DNA from: Yuukianura sp. NJ FZ-2021
Taxonomy: Eukaryota
Length of the DNA: 64,000 bases
Direction of reading: 5' to 3'
Assembly: GCA_046563655.1 (NCBI GenBank)
Contig: CM102285.1
Coordinates: 1,674,001 to 1,738,000, forward strand
The notes under the pieces are model-generated. The model was not told where the DNA came from. It did not search any database and saw nothing but the letters and a program-made list of their open reading frames with translations. Position numbers and translations under genes: made by a program. Below, one piece after another: positions 25,297 through 37,764 of the stretch. Position 1 is the first letter of the stretch; every line of letters begins with the position of its first letter.

Positions 25297-27009
25297 CTAC
25301 ACATTTTGCTTAAGTTTCGTCACTGGTGAACGTATGTTAGAGTGACGTATTTCTTGTAGTTCTTCCTCTATATAGTCCATAAATTCGTTTGCACTTTTTT
25401 CCGTTGAACAAATACTTCCGTCCAATCCAATCCAATAGCGAAAGGTTCCGTTGTAAGACACAATGCTTGCTTTCAGCACTACAGAAAGTTAGGAAGAATG
25501 AATTTATATTATTGTATGTTGATATATTGTTATCGATGTCGTATATTGTTAGCATTTGCTACAATACTTATTGTATTCTGTATGTTACTAATTTCCGGAT
25601 TGGCTCCATACCTTGAAGACTACATTCCGTAGCATACGCTATGTCTTCCACAACATTTCCACATATCGAAATTGGTTTTGTTGGTCCAGGAAAAATGCTC
25701 ACCGTTGCCGAAATGCCCGAAAATAGTGGAATTAACCAACGTTTTGGAAATGAACCAAGGAAAAGCGCTGCAAAGTAGCGAACAGCTGACGATTTACGCT
25801 GACGTTCCGCTTGTGCTTGACTTTCCAGCAACATCAATCGCTCTGAAGACTTCTCAGCTCCTACAGGCAAACTCATGATGAATGGATAACTGAAAATTTG
25901 AAAATTTTATTAAAAACTGTTTTTGAAACTTAAAACATTAGAACTTTTTTGTGATTTGAGGTTTTTAGAAGTAAACAAAAATTAACAAAATATAAAGATT
26001 TAAATTAAACACTGTCGTTTTACATTTGGTTTGTCAGTCGGTCTGGATGGTTTGGAACAGTTGTGAATGTGAGGCATTTCATTTCCATTGGAATTAGCTT
26101 CTGCTCATTTTGAAGTTTCCGCCGAAGTGCTCCTGTGAATAACTCCATCATCACGGCCCACACGGACACGTTGAACCTTAACTTCAACTGTTTCACTTCA
26201 CCAAGGTCAAATGCTCTTGATATAGGAAAGTACCTAACCTTAGAACTTCCAGGAATCCAGTATGGTGGTGATTTGTAGACTGCACCGTAGATGATATCCA
26301 GGTACGCTCCGACGAAATACCAAACTCGACGGAAAAAATCCACGACTTTGGCTATCCATGACTTTTGCGGTTCTTGTGGAAGCTGAAGTCTTTCAACTTT
26401 TGAGTCAGCAGCCAGCATCAAGACGTTAAAAATTGCTTCACCATCGGACAAGCAATGGTCAAATTTGAAACAAATGAAGTGACAATTTGAGTTCCCGCCA
26501 AATTCCAAAAATGTGAGTTCCCACGGACTGGATTTTTCTGGAAGAGGAGTCTGGAGCATCCGCTTGAACTGCGCATGAGCGTCAGCCTCTTGGTCCAGAA
26601 TCACATGATGAATGTGTTTGTCCATTTCAAATGACTCCTCCCACTTCCAGAAGGCGTATCCACCAAACATAGTTGCGTACTGCTGGAATTCGGGATAAAC
26701 AAACTCACCCGAGTCATTCCGAACGAAAAGGCATTTCGTTCGTAATCGCTCCTTTACTAAATCACGGTCCAATTTTCCGGAAACTTTGAACCAAATGAGT
26801 ACTTTCAGTGATTTTTGTGGGTCGCGAGATAACAAAAATTGACTTTGGGAAGGCAAAATTTTGCTCAACTTTTTTGAAAACAGAGGTACAACTTTTGCTA
26901 AAATTTGCCTGTATAATAAAACGGGCAAGGTTAAAAAAATGAGTAGAAGAAATGCAACGCCTAGAAGCAATTGTATGACTACTTTGACTATTGATTTGAT
27001 GAAATCCAT
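25297..27009 (-). CDS. W8: WS/DGAT-like O-acyltransferase, mosaic (C-type N-terminus, A-type body), 481 aa (exons 27009-26024, 25889-25612, 25478-25297)
   Basis: Spliced frame open (986+278+182 nt). DHCLSDG. An in-frame upstream ATG at 27138 could add 43 aa. Confidence 0.88.
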
Positions 27010-27440
27010 TGTTCCTTGATAATCGTATTGGACAATAGCTGCCAGACAAATGAAATCTGGAACATACTTAAAAATTCTGCGCTTCCTTGAATTATTGGGA
27101 TACAACTTTTCATCCTTGCTTGGAGTTTGGATTGGCATTTTCTTTCATGCAGTTACTATCCCACTGTACAAGTTTAATTTAAAAAATACAGGAAAACCTT
27201 CAAAAACAAGATTTGAAAACAAGTTTTACTAATAGCAACTTTTACATGAGTTCAAAAATTAACACTAACCAAAGCATGATCCTGCGTCATTAATAAGAGT
27301 ACGCAGTAGGGTATAACGTATGTGCTATATACTTAACATATTGTATTCGTTTTATGTCGAAGGCATGCATATAATGTACCATATAGTACTATACATATTA
27401 AGTATATTATAAATATTTGAAATTTTTGTGTAATTATTAT

Positions 27441-29429
27441 TCAAACAATCAAATCCTGGTTATGAAACGCTTCATCTTTCTTATAACACATGTTGTCGTT
27501 CATTTCTTCTGCAATATAGTCAACAAGCTCTGTTGCACTTTCTTCCGTTGAACAAATTTTGCCGTCCACTGCAATCCAGTAGCGAAATGTCCCATTGTAC
27601 GAAGCAATATTCACCACCATCCCTGTTAAAAGAAATTCCGTTATTTACACACTTTGAACGCAATATTGCTGGATATGTAGTTCACTGCATATATTGTACA
27701 AAGTATTGATCGAAACATTTTTTCATATTGTATCTATTATGTATTATACATGTGCCGTTCATTCTAATTTACACTGAACATTGTACATGTACATGAAAAC
27801 ATATATTGGGCAATGTATTCTCACTCAATACCATAGTTTACGCAGCAGTGCAAAACTATCGGGTGTTCCAAAAGTTAGTTTCATCTTTTTTATCCTTGTG
27901 TAACTTCTCCATCTCATTTCTCATCTCCCTCCAATGGAGACTTCATTGGGTGTTTTTCTGCAGAGGAAGACTAAACTAACTTTTGGAATACCCGATAGTA
28001 CATGCTACATTGTGTACATGTGGCAACATTTATTTGGTATATTAATTATGCAAAATAAGTATATTTTAACTATTTTGTTGCTATGATTCAGTTACCATGA
28101 GAATTCCCGTCTGTAACGTACGATATGTCTTGTACAACATTTCCACCAATAGAAAACGGTTTTCTTGGTCCAGGAAACATACTCACAACTATTGAATTTA
28201 CCGGGAACATTGGAATCATCCAGCATTTCGGAAATGAACCAATGAATTCAGCCATCAGAAACCCCACTGCAGTTGACTTTGTTTTGCGCTCTGCTTGCGC
28301 TTGGGCTTGAAGCAAATTCAATCGGTCGTAAACCTTGGCTGTTCCGATTGGTAAGGTCATGTCAAACATAAACCTAAAAAAACATAAATTGTTTTGTAAT
28401 ATTTGAAAATGTGAAAACTGGTTTTTGTTTTCCATACACTTTGTTAGTGAGTCCTTGTGGGTGATTTGGTGCAATAACGGTAGTAATGCAACGCATTTGA
28501 TGTGGAATTGATTTCCCCTCATTTTGAATTTTTCTACGAATCGCGCCTGTGAGCAGCCCCATCATAACGGTCCACACGGATACATTGAACTTTGACCCCA
28601 GCAATTTCGCTTGACCCAGGTCAAACGACCTTGACAATGGAAAGTGTCTTACACCAGTACGATTTGAACCGTCAAAAATCATTGGTGAAGTATCAGTTAC
28701 ATTATAAGTCAAATTGAAATATGAACTGATGAAATAAAAAATGCGTCGCAAAAAACCGAAGCAAGAAGTTCTCGGTTGTTTCGGAAACTGGAGTCGATGT
28801 ACTTCCGAATCAGCAACAAGCATCAAGACATTAAAAATTGATTCTCCATCGGACAAGCAGTGGTCGAATTTGAAACAAATGTAGTGACAATTTGAGTTAT
28901 CGCCAAACTCCAAAAATGTAACTTCCCACGGACTCAATTTTTGTGGAAGAGGAGTCGGGAGCATTCGCTCGAACTGCGCATGAGCGTCAGCCTCTTGGTC
29001 CAACTTCACGTGATGAATGTGTTTCTCCACGTCGAATGACTCCTCCCACTTCCAGAAGGCGTATCCACCAAACATAGTTGGATACTGCTGGAATTCGGGA
29101 TAAACGAGATCACCCGAGTCATCCCGAGCAAAAATGCACTTCGTTCGGAATCGCTCTTTAACTAAATCGGAGTCCAACTTTCCAGAAACTTTGAACCAAA
29201 TTAAAACATTTAGTGCTGAATGAGGCTCGCAAGAAAAGTAAATTTGACTTTGCGGAGATAAAATTTTGACCAACTTTTTTGACAAACGGGGTCCGAGTAT
29301 TGTTAGAATTTGTCTGTATAGTAAAATTGGGGAAGTTAGAAAAATGAAAAGAAGAAATACAGTTCCTAGAATAACTTTTGTAACACAACTCCGCAAGTTT
29401 TGGATTGACTTTCTAATGCACGATGGCAT
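27441..29429 (-). CDS. W9: WS/DGAT-like O-acyltransferase, subfamily B with an A-type active-site segment, 483 aa (exons 29429-28438, 28373-28096, 27622-27441)
   Basis: Spliced frame open (992+278+182 nt). DHCLSDG. Exon 3 translated by hand, ending HNQDLIV*. Confidence 0.88.
27859..27995. mobile_element. 137-bp mariner-type MITE in W9 intron 2
   Basis: TIR TCGGGT(G/A)TTCCAAAAGTTAGTTT with TA on both sides; absent from the paralogous introns of W7 and W11. Confidence 0.8.
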
Positions 29430-30351
29430 GTTGTATAATCTTGTTTCTAAGATTATGGTGTCCAAAAATTCAAAACTTTAAGTGGAGAATGGTTGCAAAT
29501 TCCTTGGTTTTATTATATAATCTTGGACTGAATTTTTTAAATTTCAACTTGAAACTTTCATAACAAGGCAATTACAATGGATGTTGTAAGATTCCAGGCG
29601 ATTAATTACGTTGCTGCATTTTGATTTTCTTATGCACCAACGCTGTGTGCATAAACAACTCATTTGTTATCTAGCATAAACAATTATTGCCCTAAAAACA
29701 ACTGTCAAACGTACGTCAGCGATACTCTTTCTACAACTTATCGGCAAATCTGAGTGAGAAAACTGAAAAAAAAACAAGTGTGGGAATGTCTAAGTTTTAA
29801 TTGAACGGGAAGTCGCTGATGTGCTGCTAATTTTATAAATTTAACATTTAGGAATATAATAAATCAGTTAGTAAAATTATCCAGTATCTAGTTTCTCACA
29901 GTCTGATGGGAAAGTATAGGATTTGCGTACGTAATGTTTACAACTTTTCCGAACGTCAACAATGAACGTCAAGCGTCAGATTCTCACCATTATTCATCAA
30001 AATTGAAATTGTAAGCATATAATTGGAATTGTGTCAATAGTAAAGTGTGTTCGAATTCAAAAACAAAGTATGTGATTTGGAATTTCCTATGATTTTGAGC
30101 TTGATTTCAAGTAACATTATTCGACAAGTATCGAGTGTCAGGACATACAATTGGATAATTTTTTTATGTCCCCGCCAAGAATAAACAAAACTTCAAGTAG
30201 ACGAAAGTTGACGTAAGGATGCTCGATCTCGTTGTAAACACAGTATAGTCAACTCCAAAATTAACCCTAGGTTACGCCGATTTGTGCTTCTTGCTGCTAA
30301 ATATTTTTGTGAGCAATGCTTTTCAAATTGTACGGAAAAAATAAACAATCG

Positions 30352-30424
30352 AACCGTGTGTATCGAACCCATATCTCCTTACTCCGGGAGGACGCTCTCT
30401 CTACCAATCGAACTAATCAGGTTC
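30352..30424 (-). other. tRNA-like sequence (probable tRNA-derived SINE head)
   Basis: Minus strand has A-box-like TAGTTCGATTGG and B-box GGTTCGATAC at tRNA spacing; stems are degenerate. Confidence 0.45.
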
Positions 30425-31101
30425 TATGCACACATGATGCAATCCGAAGGCTACCATACTAGGCACCAAGGTAGCTATAGCAACAGTGGTTTAAGAGGTT
30501 AAGCTATAAGTCCTGTTTCCAAATATGTCGCTACAAACAATTTTTTACTCTGATTTTACTCTGAACTTGTTTATCGGTCTTTTCGTGCAAAAATTTAAAA
30601 GTTTGTACCAACCGGAACGTATGTTTGAAATGAAGAAAAAAAAGTTCTGAGGAAAAATTTCCAGGGAAACGAGAGATGCCGATATGCGTTTTAATTTTTT
30701 GAATTCCGAAGAGGAAAAATAAAAAAGTGACTTATTGCCTAACCTGTTTAAGAAAATACTATTTTCTTGTTTACACACCTTGCATGGCACAGTCTTTATT
30801 ACATTGTTCGCAATTTCGTTAATTTTTTAGCTGTTCAACTTGGCCTAAAACCAAAAATTTTCATAAGAAAACAATTGCAAAGTGTGTTAAGTATTGCTCT
30901 CAGGCAACTTTGGCAATTGGTAAAACTTTGGAATTTATCAAACCAAGAAGAAAAAACATCTTTTTCCAATTCTATTAACAAGATGATGATACTGTCTAGT
31001 TTATATGAGAAATAGTGCGTTATATGCATGCATAACAAACATGTTATTCTAATTATATAGATATTAATGTAATTACGTGTATGTGAACAACTAAACTTCT
31101 C

Positions 31102-32918
31102 CTATGGATCCAGGTCGTATCCAACGCCCGTTGAGCGGATAGTCTCGTCAAACTCATCTGCAATGTAGTCAACAAATTCTATTGCACTTTCTTCTGTCGA
31201 ACAAATTTTGCCATCTACTCCAATGCAGTAACGAAATGTTCCATTGTAAGATGCAATAATCACCGACAGCCCTGTACAGACATATTTCATTATACTAATT
31301 ATACATGATGAATAATATATTTGATATTATAGTGCTATACCTGTTGTGTTATATACATACTTACGCGTTGCGCACTACAATTTATATTGCGCAAAACAAG
31401 TATTAAAAATTGTATTTAGTGTTATGAACTCTGATATCACCGTACGATACTTACATATAGCTAAATATTATACCTATACCACGTAACCTAAAATATTAAA
31501 ACGGATACATACACAAATATATAAATAGCACTTAACATGTATGTATACATGTATTAATGTAATTAGTTTCATCGATAATTTCTTTTTACCATAACAACAA
31601 CCGTTGATAGCATACGCCATGTCCTCCACCACATTTCCACCAATGGAAAATGTTTTTGTAGGTCCAGGAAAAGCGCTCATGACCACCGTGTTAAGCCGCA
31701 CAACTGGAAATATCCACCGCATTGGCAATGAACCAACAAATGCAGCCAACAGGAATCCGATCGCAGCCGATTTTGTTCTGCGCTCTGCATTTGCGTAGCG
31801 TTCGAGCAATGCAAGTCTTTCATGAGCACTAGTAGTTCCGACTGGCAAGGGTATGTCAAGGATGTACCTTAAAAACAAACAAGTCGGTTATAAAATTATT
31901 ACATATCCAAAAAATTAAAGTATCTTTGTTTGTTCGCATACACTTTATTTGTAAGTTTGTGTGGGTGATTTGTCGCAGAAATTGCAGTGATGCATCGCAT
32001 TTCCTGTGGAACCGACTTTCCTTCGTTTTGAAGTTTTCTTCGAATTGCTCCTGTGAGTAGCCCAATCATCGCAATGGACACGGACACGTTGAGTTTTGAC
32101 CTCAACTGTTTGACTTGACCCAGGTCAAATGACCTTGACATGGGAAAGTATCTCACCCCGGTAAGATTGGAAGAATCAAAAATCATTGGAGTGGAATCCA
32201 TTGAATCAAAAATGAGATTGAAGTAAGAGGCGATGAAATATAAGATACGACGGAAAAAATCCAAACAAGATGCTCGCGGTTCTTCTGAAAATTGGATTCG
32301 TTGCGGTTCAGAGTCCGCCACACGCATCAAAACATCAAAAATTGCTTCACCATCACACAAACTGTGGTGGAATTTGAAACAAATGAAGTGACAATTTGAG
32401 TTAGCGCCAAACTCCAAAAATGTCGCTTCCCACGGACTAAATTTTTCTGGAAGAGGAGTCTGGAGCATCCTCTCGAACTGCGCATGAGCGTCAGACTCTT
32501 GGTCCAACGTCACGTGATGGATGTGTTTGTCCATGTCGAATGACTCCTCCCACTTCCAGAAGGCATATCCACCAAACGTAGCTGGATACTGCTGGAATTC
32601 GGGATAAACGAGGTCACCCGAGTCATCCCGAGCGAAAATGCATTTCGTTCGGAACCGCTCTTTTACTAAATCACTGTCCAGTTTTCCCGAAACTTTAAAC
32701 CAAATGAGAACATTCTGTGCTGTGTAAAGTCCAGAAGATAAGTATATTTGACTTTGAGGAGGCAAAATTTTGCGTAACTTTTTTGAAAACAAGGGTACAA
32801 ATTTTGCTAGAATTTGTCTGTAGAGTAGCACGGGGAAAGTGAGGAAAATAAAAAGAAAAAATCCAATACCTAGAAGAAATTTTGCTACATATTTTACTAT
32901 TGATTTGATGAAATCCAT
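31102..32918 (-). CDS. W10: WS/DGAT-like O-acyltransferase, subfamily C, 474 aa (exons 32918-31942, 31867-31590, 31271-31102)
   Basis: Spliced frame open (977+278+170 nt). HHSLCDG, SAFPGP, ASYNG. Confidence 0.88.
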
Positions 32919-33217
32919 TTTAAGTTAACTATTTAGTATTCTTATTGCGATAGGACTGAAGTCGAAAGAATTCGAAACTGAAATTTGCTGTAAACTTCTA
33001 CATTTCTTTGAAGCGTTTATGATTGAAACTTATTAGAAATTTAAATTTATGATTTTCTACGCACTAGTTGCTTGTAAAGTTTAATTTCTCAAAAACATGA
33101 AATTTTGCCTTGAAAGAAAACAGGATTTATGGCGAGTGGACAGAAAGTCCCCACTACCAATCGCCCAAATGAAAAGTCTACGAAGTGGCACGTGTCTCAC
33201 TCCCGTCACATACACCA

Positions 33218-33805
33218 GGGTTCCATGTCATAACAGCCAAATCAAAAAGAGCCGATGCCATAAGAGCCAATAAAAAGAGCCAATTTCCAAAAGAGTCTAT
33301 GCCGAAAGACCATATCCCAAAAGAGCCAATTACAAAAAGAGCCTATTTCAAAAAAGCCGATTTCGAAAAGTATTTAGGAAAAAAATTACGATGAAAGAAA
33401 AACTTAACAGAATGTGAAGTGAGCAAACCTAACCTCGAGATGGAATCAGTATTGCGAATTTTAAAAAACCTAACCTACTATAACCTAAACCGTCGAGACG
33501 TAATCAGTATTGTGAACTTTAAAAAACCGACCACCCCGCCATAACACCAATTTTGAGCTAAATCGAATACAAAAAATCAAAAAAATTTTTTCAAAATTTT
33601 GAAAAAAAATTATATTTTCGTGATCCGGGATATATAGGGTGTTTACAAAAAGAAGTGTAAAAAATCGGTGCTTGCACGCTAGTCTACACTTCTATCAAAC
33701 ATTTTACTAGAAAAAAATTCATCCGTTTCAAATACTTTTCGAAATCGGCTCTTTTGAAATCGGCTCTTTTTGAAATTGCCTTTTTTTGGTTTAGGCTCTT
33801 ACTAT
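33218..33805 (+). mobile_element. Foldback/MITE-like element with AAAAGAGCC tandem repeats (same family as 14067)
   Basis: GGGTTCCATGTCATAACAGCC start, tandem AAAAGAGCC units, inverted GGCTCTTTT units at 33740-33800 and internal AACCTAACCT. Confidence 0.65.
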
Positions 33806-33924
33806 CGTTTCTAGGGATCTGAAAATTTGCAAATATGGTGCCAGTAATGAACTTTTACAACTGGCAAAAATATCGTTCGAATACCACCAAGCCCACTTTC
33901 TTAAGGACTTTGGGCCTTTCCCTT

Positions 33925-34412
33925 TATTGTACGTTGATCAAGAGCTGTCATCAAAAGACAATTGAAAACTTGAAGTTGTCGCAAAGTTCAGCATTTCCTT
34001 GAACGATTTTGAACTAGGCTTTTCTTTCAATTTAGCAGTTTCTATTAGAATTATTTTCAAATAGTTACAAAACTAGTTTCTAGCAATAAGTTTTGTTAAC
34101 AAAGGAAACAAAAGTTCAAGTTTAATTTTGCAAAAACATGCCATTTTGCCTTGAGAGACAAGATTTGAAAACAGGTTTCACCATCGAACTTTAATTAACA
34201 TTTACTTAATCTTAAGGTGTGCTCTTCATTCTACGAATTATATGATAGTATTAAATAAAATATTTACATTTGTATCATCGCTTTTCACGGACTTGATTTT
34301 TCTGGAAGAGCAGTCTGGAACATCCGCTCTAACTTGGCATGAACTCCAGCGTCATGTGATGGATGAGTTAGTTGAAATCGAATGACTATTCCATCAGGCG
34401 TAATCACCAAAC
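33925..34412 (-). pseudogene. R4: orphan subfamily C upstream region plus a ~130-bp decayed exon 1 fragment
   Basis: 33925-34250 matches the upstream regions of W12 and W14 (TTTGAAAACAGGTTTCA motif). 34285-34412 matches the PLPEKSSPW...FGGYAF coding block with deletions. Confidence 0.6.
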
Positions 34413-34692
34413 CAAGGTTGCTATAGCGGCTACTTGTACAAATGCCGTAACAGAATGTTCTAACTCCGATTTAAAAAAACACACACACAAAAGAAAACAA
34501 TTTTTAAAACAAATGGAAAACGGAAACAATGTAATTTCCACGTTCGGATTCAATAGTTTTGAATTCGAATTGCTAACGCAACGGAACCGTTTTAAATGTG
34601 TGATTTGAAAAATTTAGAAAAAAGGACTGAGTGAGTTAGGCTATAACCGGTTAAGAAAAAACAAACAAAATTTCGATTTAAACAAACCAAAG
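34413..34692 (+). mobile_element. Diverged copy of the CAA...TTG composite element family
   Basis: CAAGGTTGCTATAGCG start and shared core TTCGAATTGCTAACGCAACGGA with 55181-55474. Confidence 0.6.
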
Positions 34693-34772
34693 TAACCTAA
34701 CCTGTTCTCCATTTTGTTCATTTTTTAGTTCTTCAAATCTGTATTGGATATTTTTTGTGTATTTATCATTTA

Positions 34773-36614
34773 TTAAACAGGTAAAACATGGTTGTGCAAC
34801 AGTTCCTTTGTATTTTCCGTCTTATAGTGGATGTTGTCCTCAATTTCATCTGCAATGTAATCAACAAATTCTGCTGAACTTTTTTCTGTTGAACAAATTT
34901 TGCCATCAACTGCAATCCAGTAGCGAAATGTCCCATTGTACGAAGCAATATTCACCACCAGTCCTTTTGAAAGAAAAATTTCGTTAGATACACATGTTGA
35001 AGTGTAATATATTACATATATTATGCAAAATACTGATCATAATATTACTGTAATATTGCATGACATGTTGAATTATACGTGTATAATTCATTCCAATTTA
35101 CATCGTAGTATTTGCAAATTTTACAATAGTGTTGCAAAATAGGTTACACAGTCAGTAGCATAATTCAGTAGTGGAAAACTTGCTCATATTACAATGTGTT
35201 TATAAAAATATAATAATTTGTGTATTAATTAATTAAAATAAAGTATAGTTTAACTATTTTGTTGTTATATTTCTCTTACCATGAGAATTTCCGTTGGTAG
35301 CGTACGCCATGTCTTCTACAACATTTCCACCAATAGAAAACTGTTTTGTTGGTCCAGGAAATACACTGACAACTATTGAATTTGCCGGGAACATTGGAAT
35401 CATCCAGCTTCTCGGAAATGAACCAATGAATTTAGCCAGCAGAAATCCCACTGCAGTTGAATTTGTTTTACGCTCTGCTTGTGCTTGAGCTTCAAGCAAA
35501 TTCAATCGCTCAGAAACATTGGCGGTTCCGATTGGCAAGGTCACCCCAAGCATAAACCTGAAAAGAACATCTACTGTTTTATAGTATTTTAAAATTTGAA
35601 AAACGGTTTTTGTATGTCATACACTTTGTTTGTGAGTCCTTTCGGGTGATTTGGGGCTATAATGGGAGTGATGCTACGTATTTCCTGTGGAACTGATTTC
35701 CCCTCATTTTGAAGTTTCTTGCGAATTGCGCCTGTCAGTAGTCCCATGACCACGGTCCACACGGACACATTGAATTTTGACCCCAGCAATTTGGCTTGAC
35801 CCAGGTCAAATGACTTTGACATTGGAAAGTGTCTTACACCAGTAAGATTTGACCCATCGAAAATCATTGGTGACGTATCAGTTACATTATAAGTCAAATT
35901 GAAATACGAGCTGATGAAATAAAAAATGCGTCTGAAAAAACTGAAGCAGGAAGTTGTCGGTTGTTCCGGAGACTGGAGTCGGTGAATTTCCGAATCCGCT
36001 ACACGCAACAGAACATCAAAAATTGCAACACCGTCACACAAGCAATGGTGAAATTTGAAACAAATGAAGTGACAGTTTTCGTTCAAGCCAAATTCAAGAA
36101 ATGTGAATTCCCACGGACTGGATTTGTCTGGAAATGGAGTTTGGAGCATCCGTTTGAACTGCGCATGAGCGTCAGCCTCTTGGTCCAAAGTCACGTGATG
36201 AATGTGTTTGTCCATGTCGAATGACTCCTCCCACTTCCAGAAGGCATATCCACCAAACATAGTTGGATACTGCTGGAATTCGGGATAAACGAAGTTACGC
36301 GAGTCATCCCGAGCGAAAATGCACTTCCTTCGGAATCGCTCTTTTACTAAATCTGAATCCAACTTTCCAGAAACTTTGAACCAAACTAAAACATTTAATG
36401 CTGGACGAGGCTCACAAGAAAAGAAGATTTGACTTTGCGGAGATAGAATTTTTACTAACTTTTTTGAAAAACAGGGTACGAATTTTGCTAAAATTTGCCT
36501 GTATAGTAAAATTGGGGAAGATACAAAAATGAATAGAAGAAACACAAATCCTAGAATAATTTTTGTGACAAAACTGCGCAAGTTTTGCATTGACTTTGTA
36601 ATGCACGTCGACAT
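34773..36614 (-). CDS. W11: WS/DGAT-like O-acyltransferase, subfamily B, 486 aa (exons 36614-35623, 35557-35280, 34963-34773)
   Basis: Spliced frame open (992+278+191 nt). HHCLCDG. The exon 3 acceptor is AAG rather than CAG. Confidence 0.86.
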
Positions 36615-37764
36615 GTTGTTGCAAAGATTGTTGCTAATAAGACTGTTGTCCAAAAATTCAAAACTTTAAAGTGGTGAGGTGACTGGTTGCATATTTCTTG
36701 GTTTTATTGGATAATCCCGGACTGTATTTTTTTTTACTTTCAATTTGAAACTTATATAACAAGGCAACTAGAATTGGTGTTGTAAGATTACACGCGATTA
36801 AGCACGTTGCTGCTCTTTGAATTTTTTTTTTGAGCCAACGCTGTATACATGAGCAAGTAATTTGTTAGGCTCCTTGAATTTAGCATACACAATTATTCCC
36901 CTGAAAACAACTGTCAAACATAAGCCAGCGATACTCTCTTTTTTAACAACTTATCGGCAAATCTGAGTCAGAATTTAAGAGAAAAAATACAGGCGTGAGA
37001 AAGTATGGATTTTAATTGCATGGGAAGTCCCAATAGTTGCTGATTAATTTTACAAATTAACATTCAAGAATATAATAAATTACTTTTAGTAAAATTATCC
37101 AGTATTCAGTTTCTCACGGTTTGGTGGGAACGTATAGGATTTTTGTGGTTAATATTTTCAACTTTTCCGAAGGTGAACTATGAACCTCAAGCGTCAAAAT
37201 CTCCCCATCCTACATCAAAATGCAAATTTTAGGCATATTTTTGGAATTGCGTCATAAAAATGTGTTCAAGTTCAAAACAAAAACTGTGTGATTTGGAATA
37301 TCCCAAAATTTTGAGCTAGATATGAAATTCCAAATGTTATTCTACAAGCGGCAACCGTTAATGACGCTACAGCTTTCGAGTATTGTCTATCTCCTGCTCT
37401 GTAAATAATAAACAGAAGGCATGCTTACTTGCATAACTTGATCTCATTTCATAATAACAATGTCGCCTAATGTACACCAAGTGTATATTGTGTTGTTTAT
37501 ATAAATTTAACAATTGTTAAACCTTTGAAATTTCTTCAAGCTAGAGGAAGAACATATTTTTTTTCAAATTCTTTTAACCATGTAATACTTATAGTTTAAA
37601 TTTGCTTTACCTAAATAACTGAAATCTTATAGCCCAAATTCAATCTAAAATTAAGTCCTAATACCACGCTGGAAATTATTTGAAGTATAAAGTAGTGTAT
37701 AACGTATGTTCATAATTATTGATATATTAATGCAATCACGTGCACATTAACTACTAAAACCTTC

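Noticed and set aside
27010-27138. 43-aa N-terminal extension of W8 (and the extensions predicted for W7, W9, W11, W13, W16)
   Set aside because: Not conserved among paralogs. Apart from W8 they begin at TTG/GTG, and they overlap the presumed promoter or 5'UTR.
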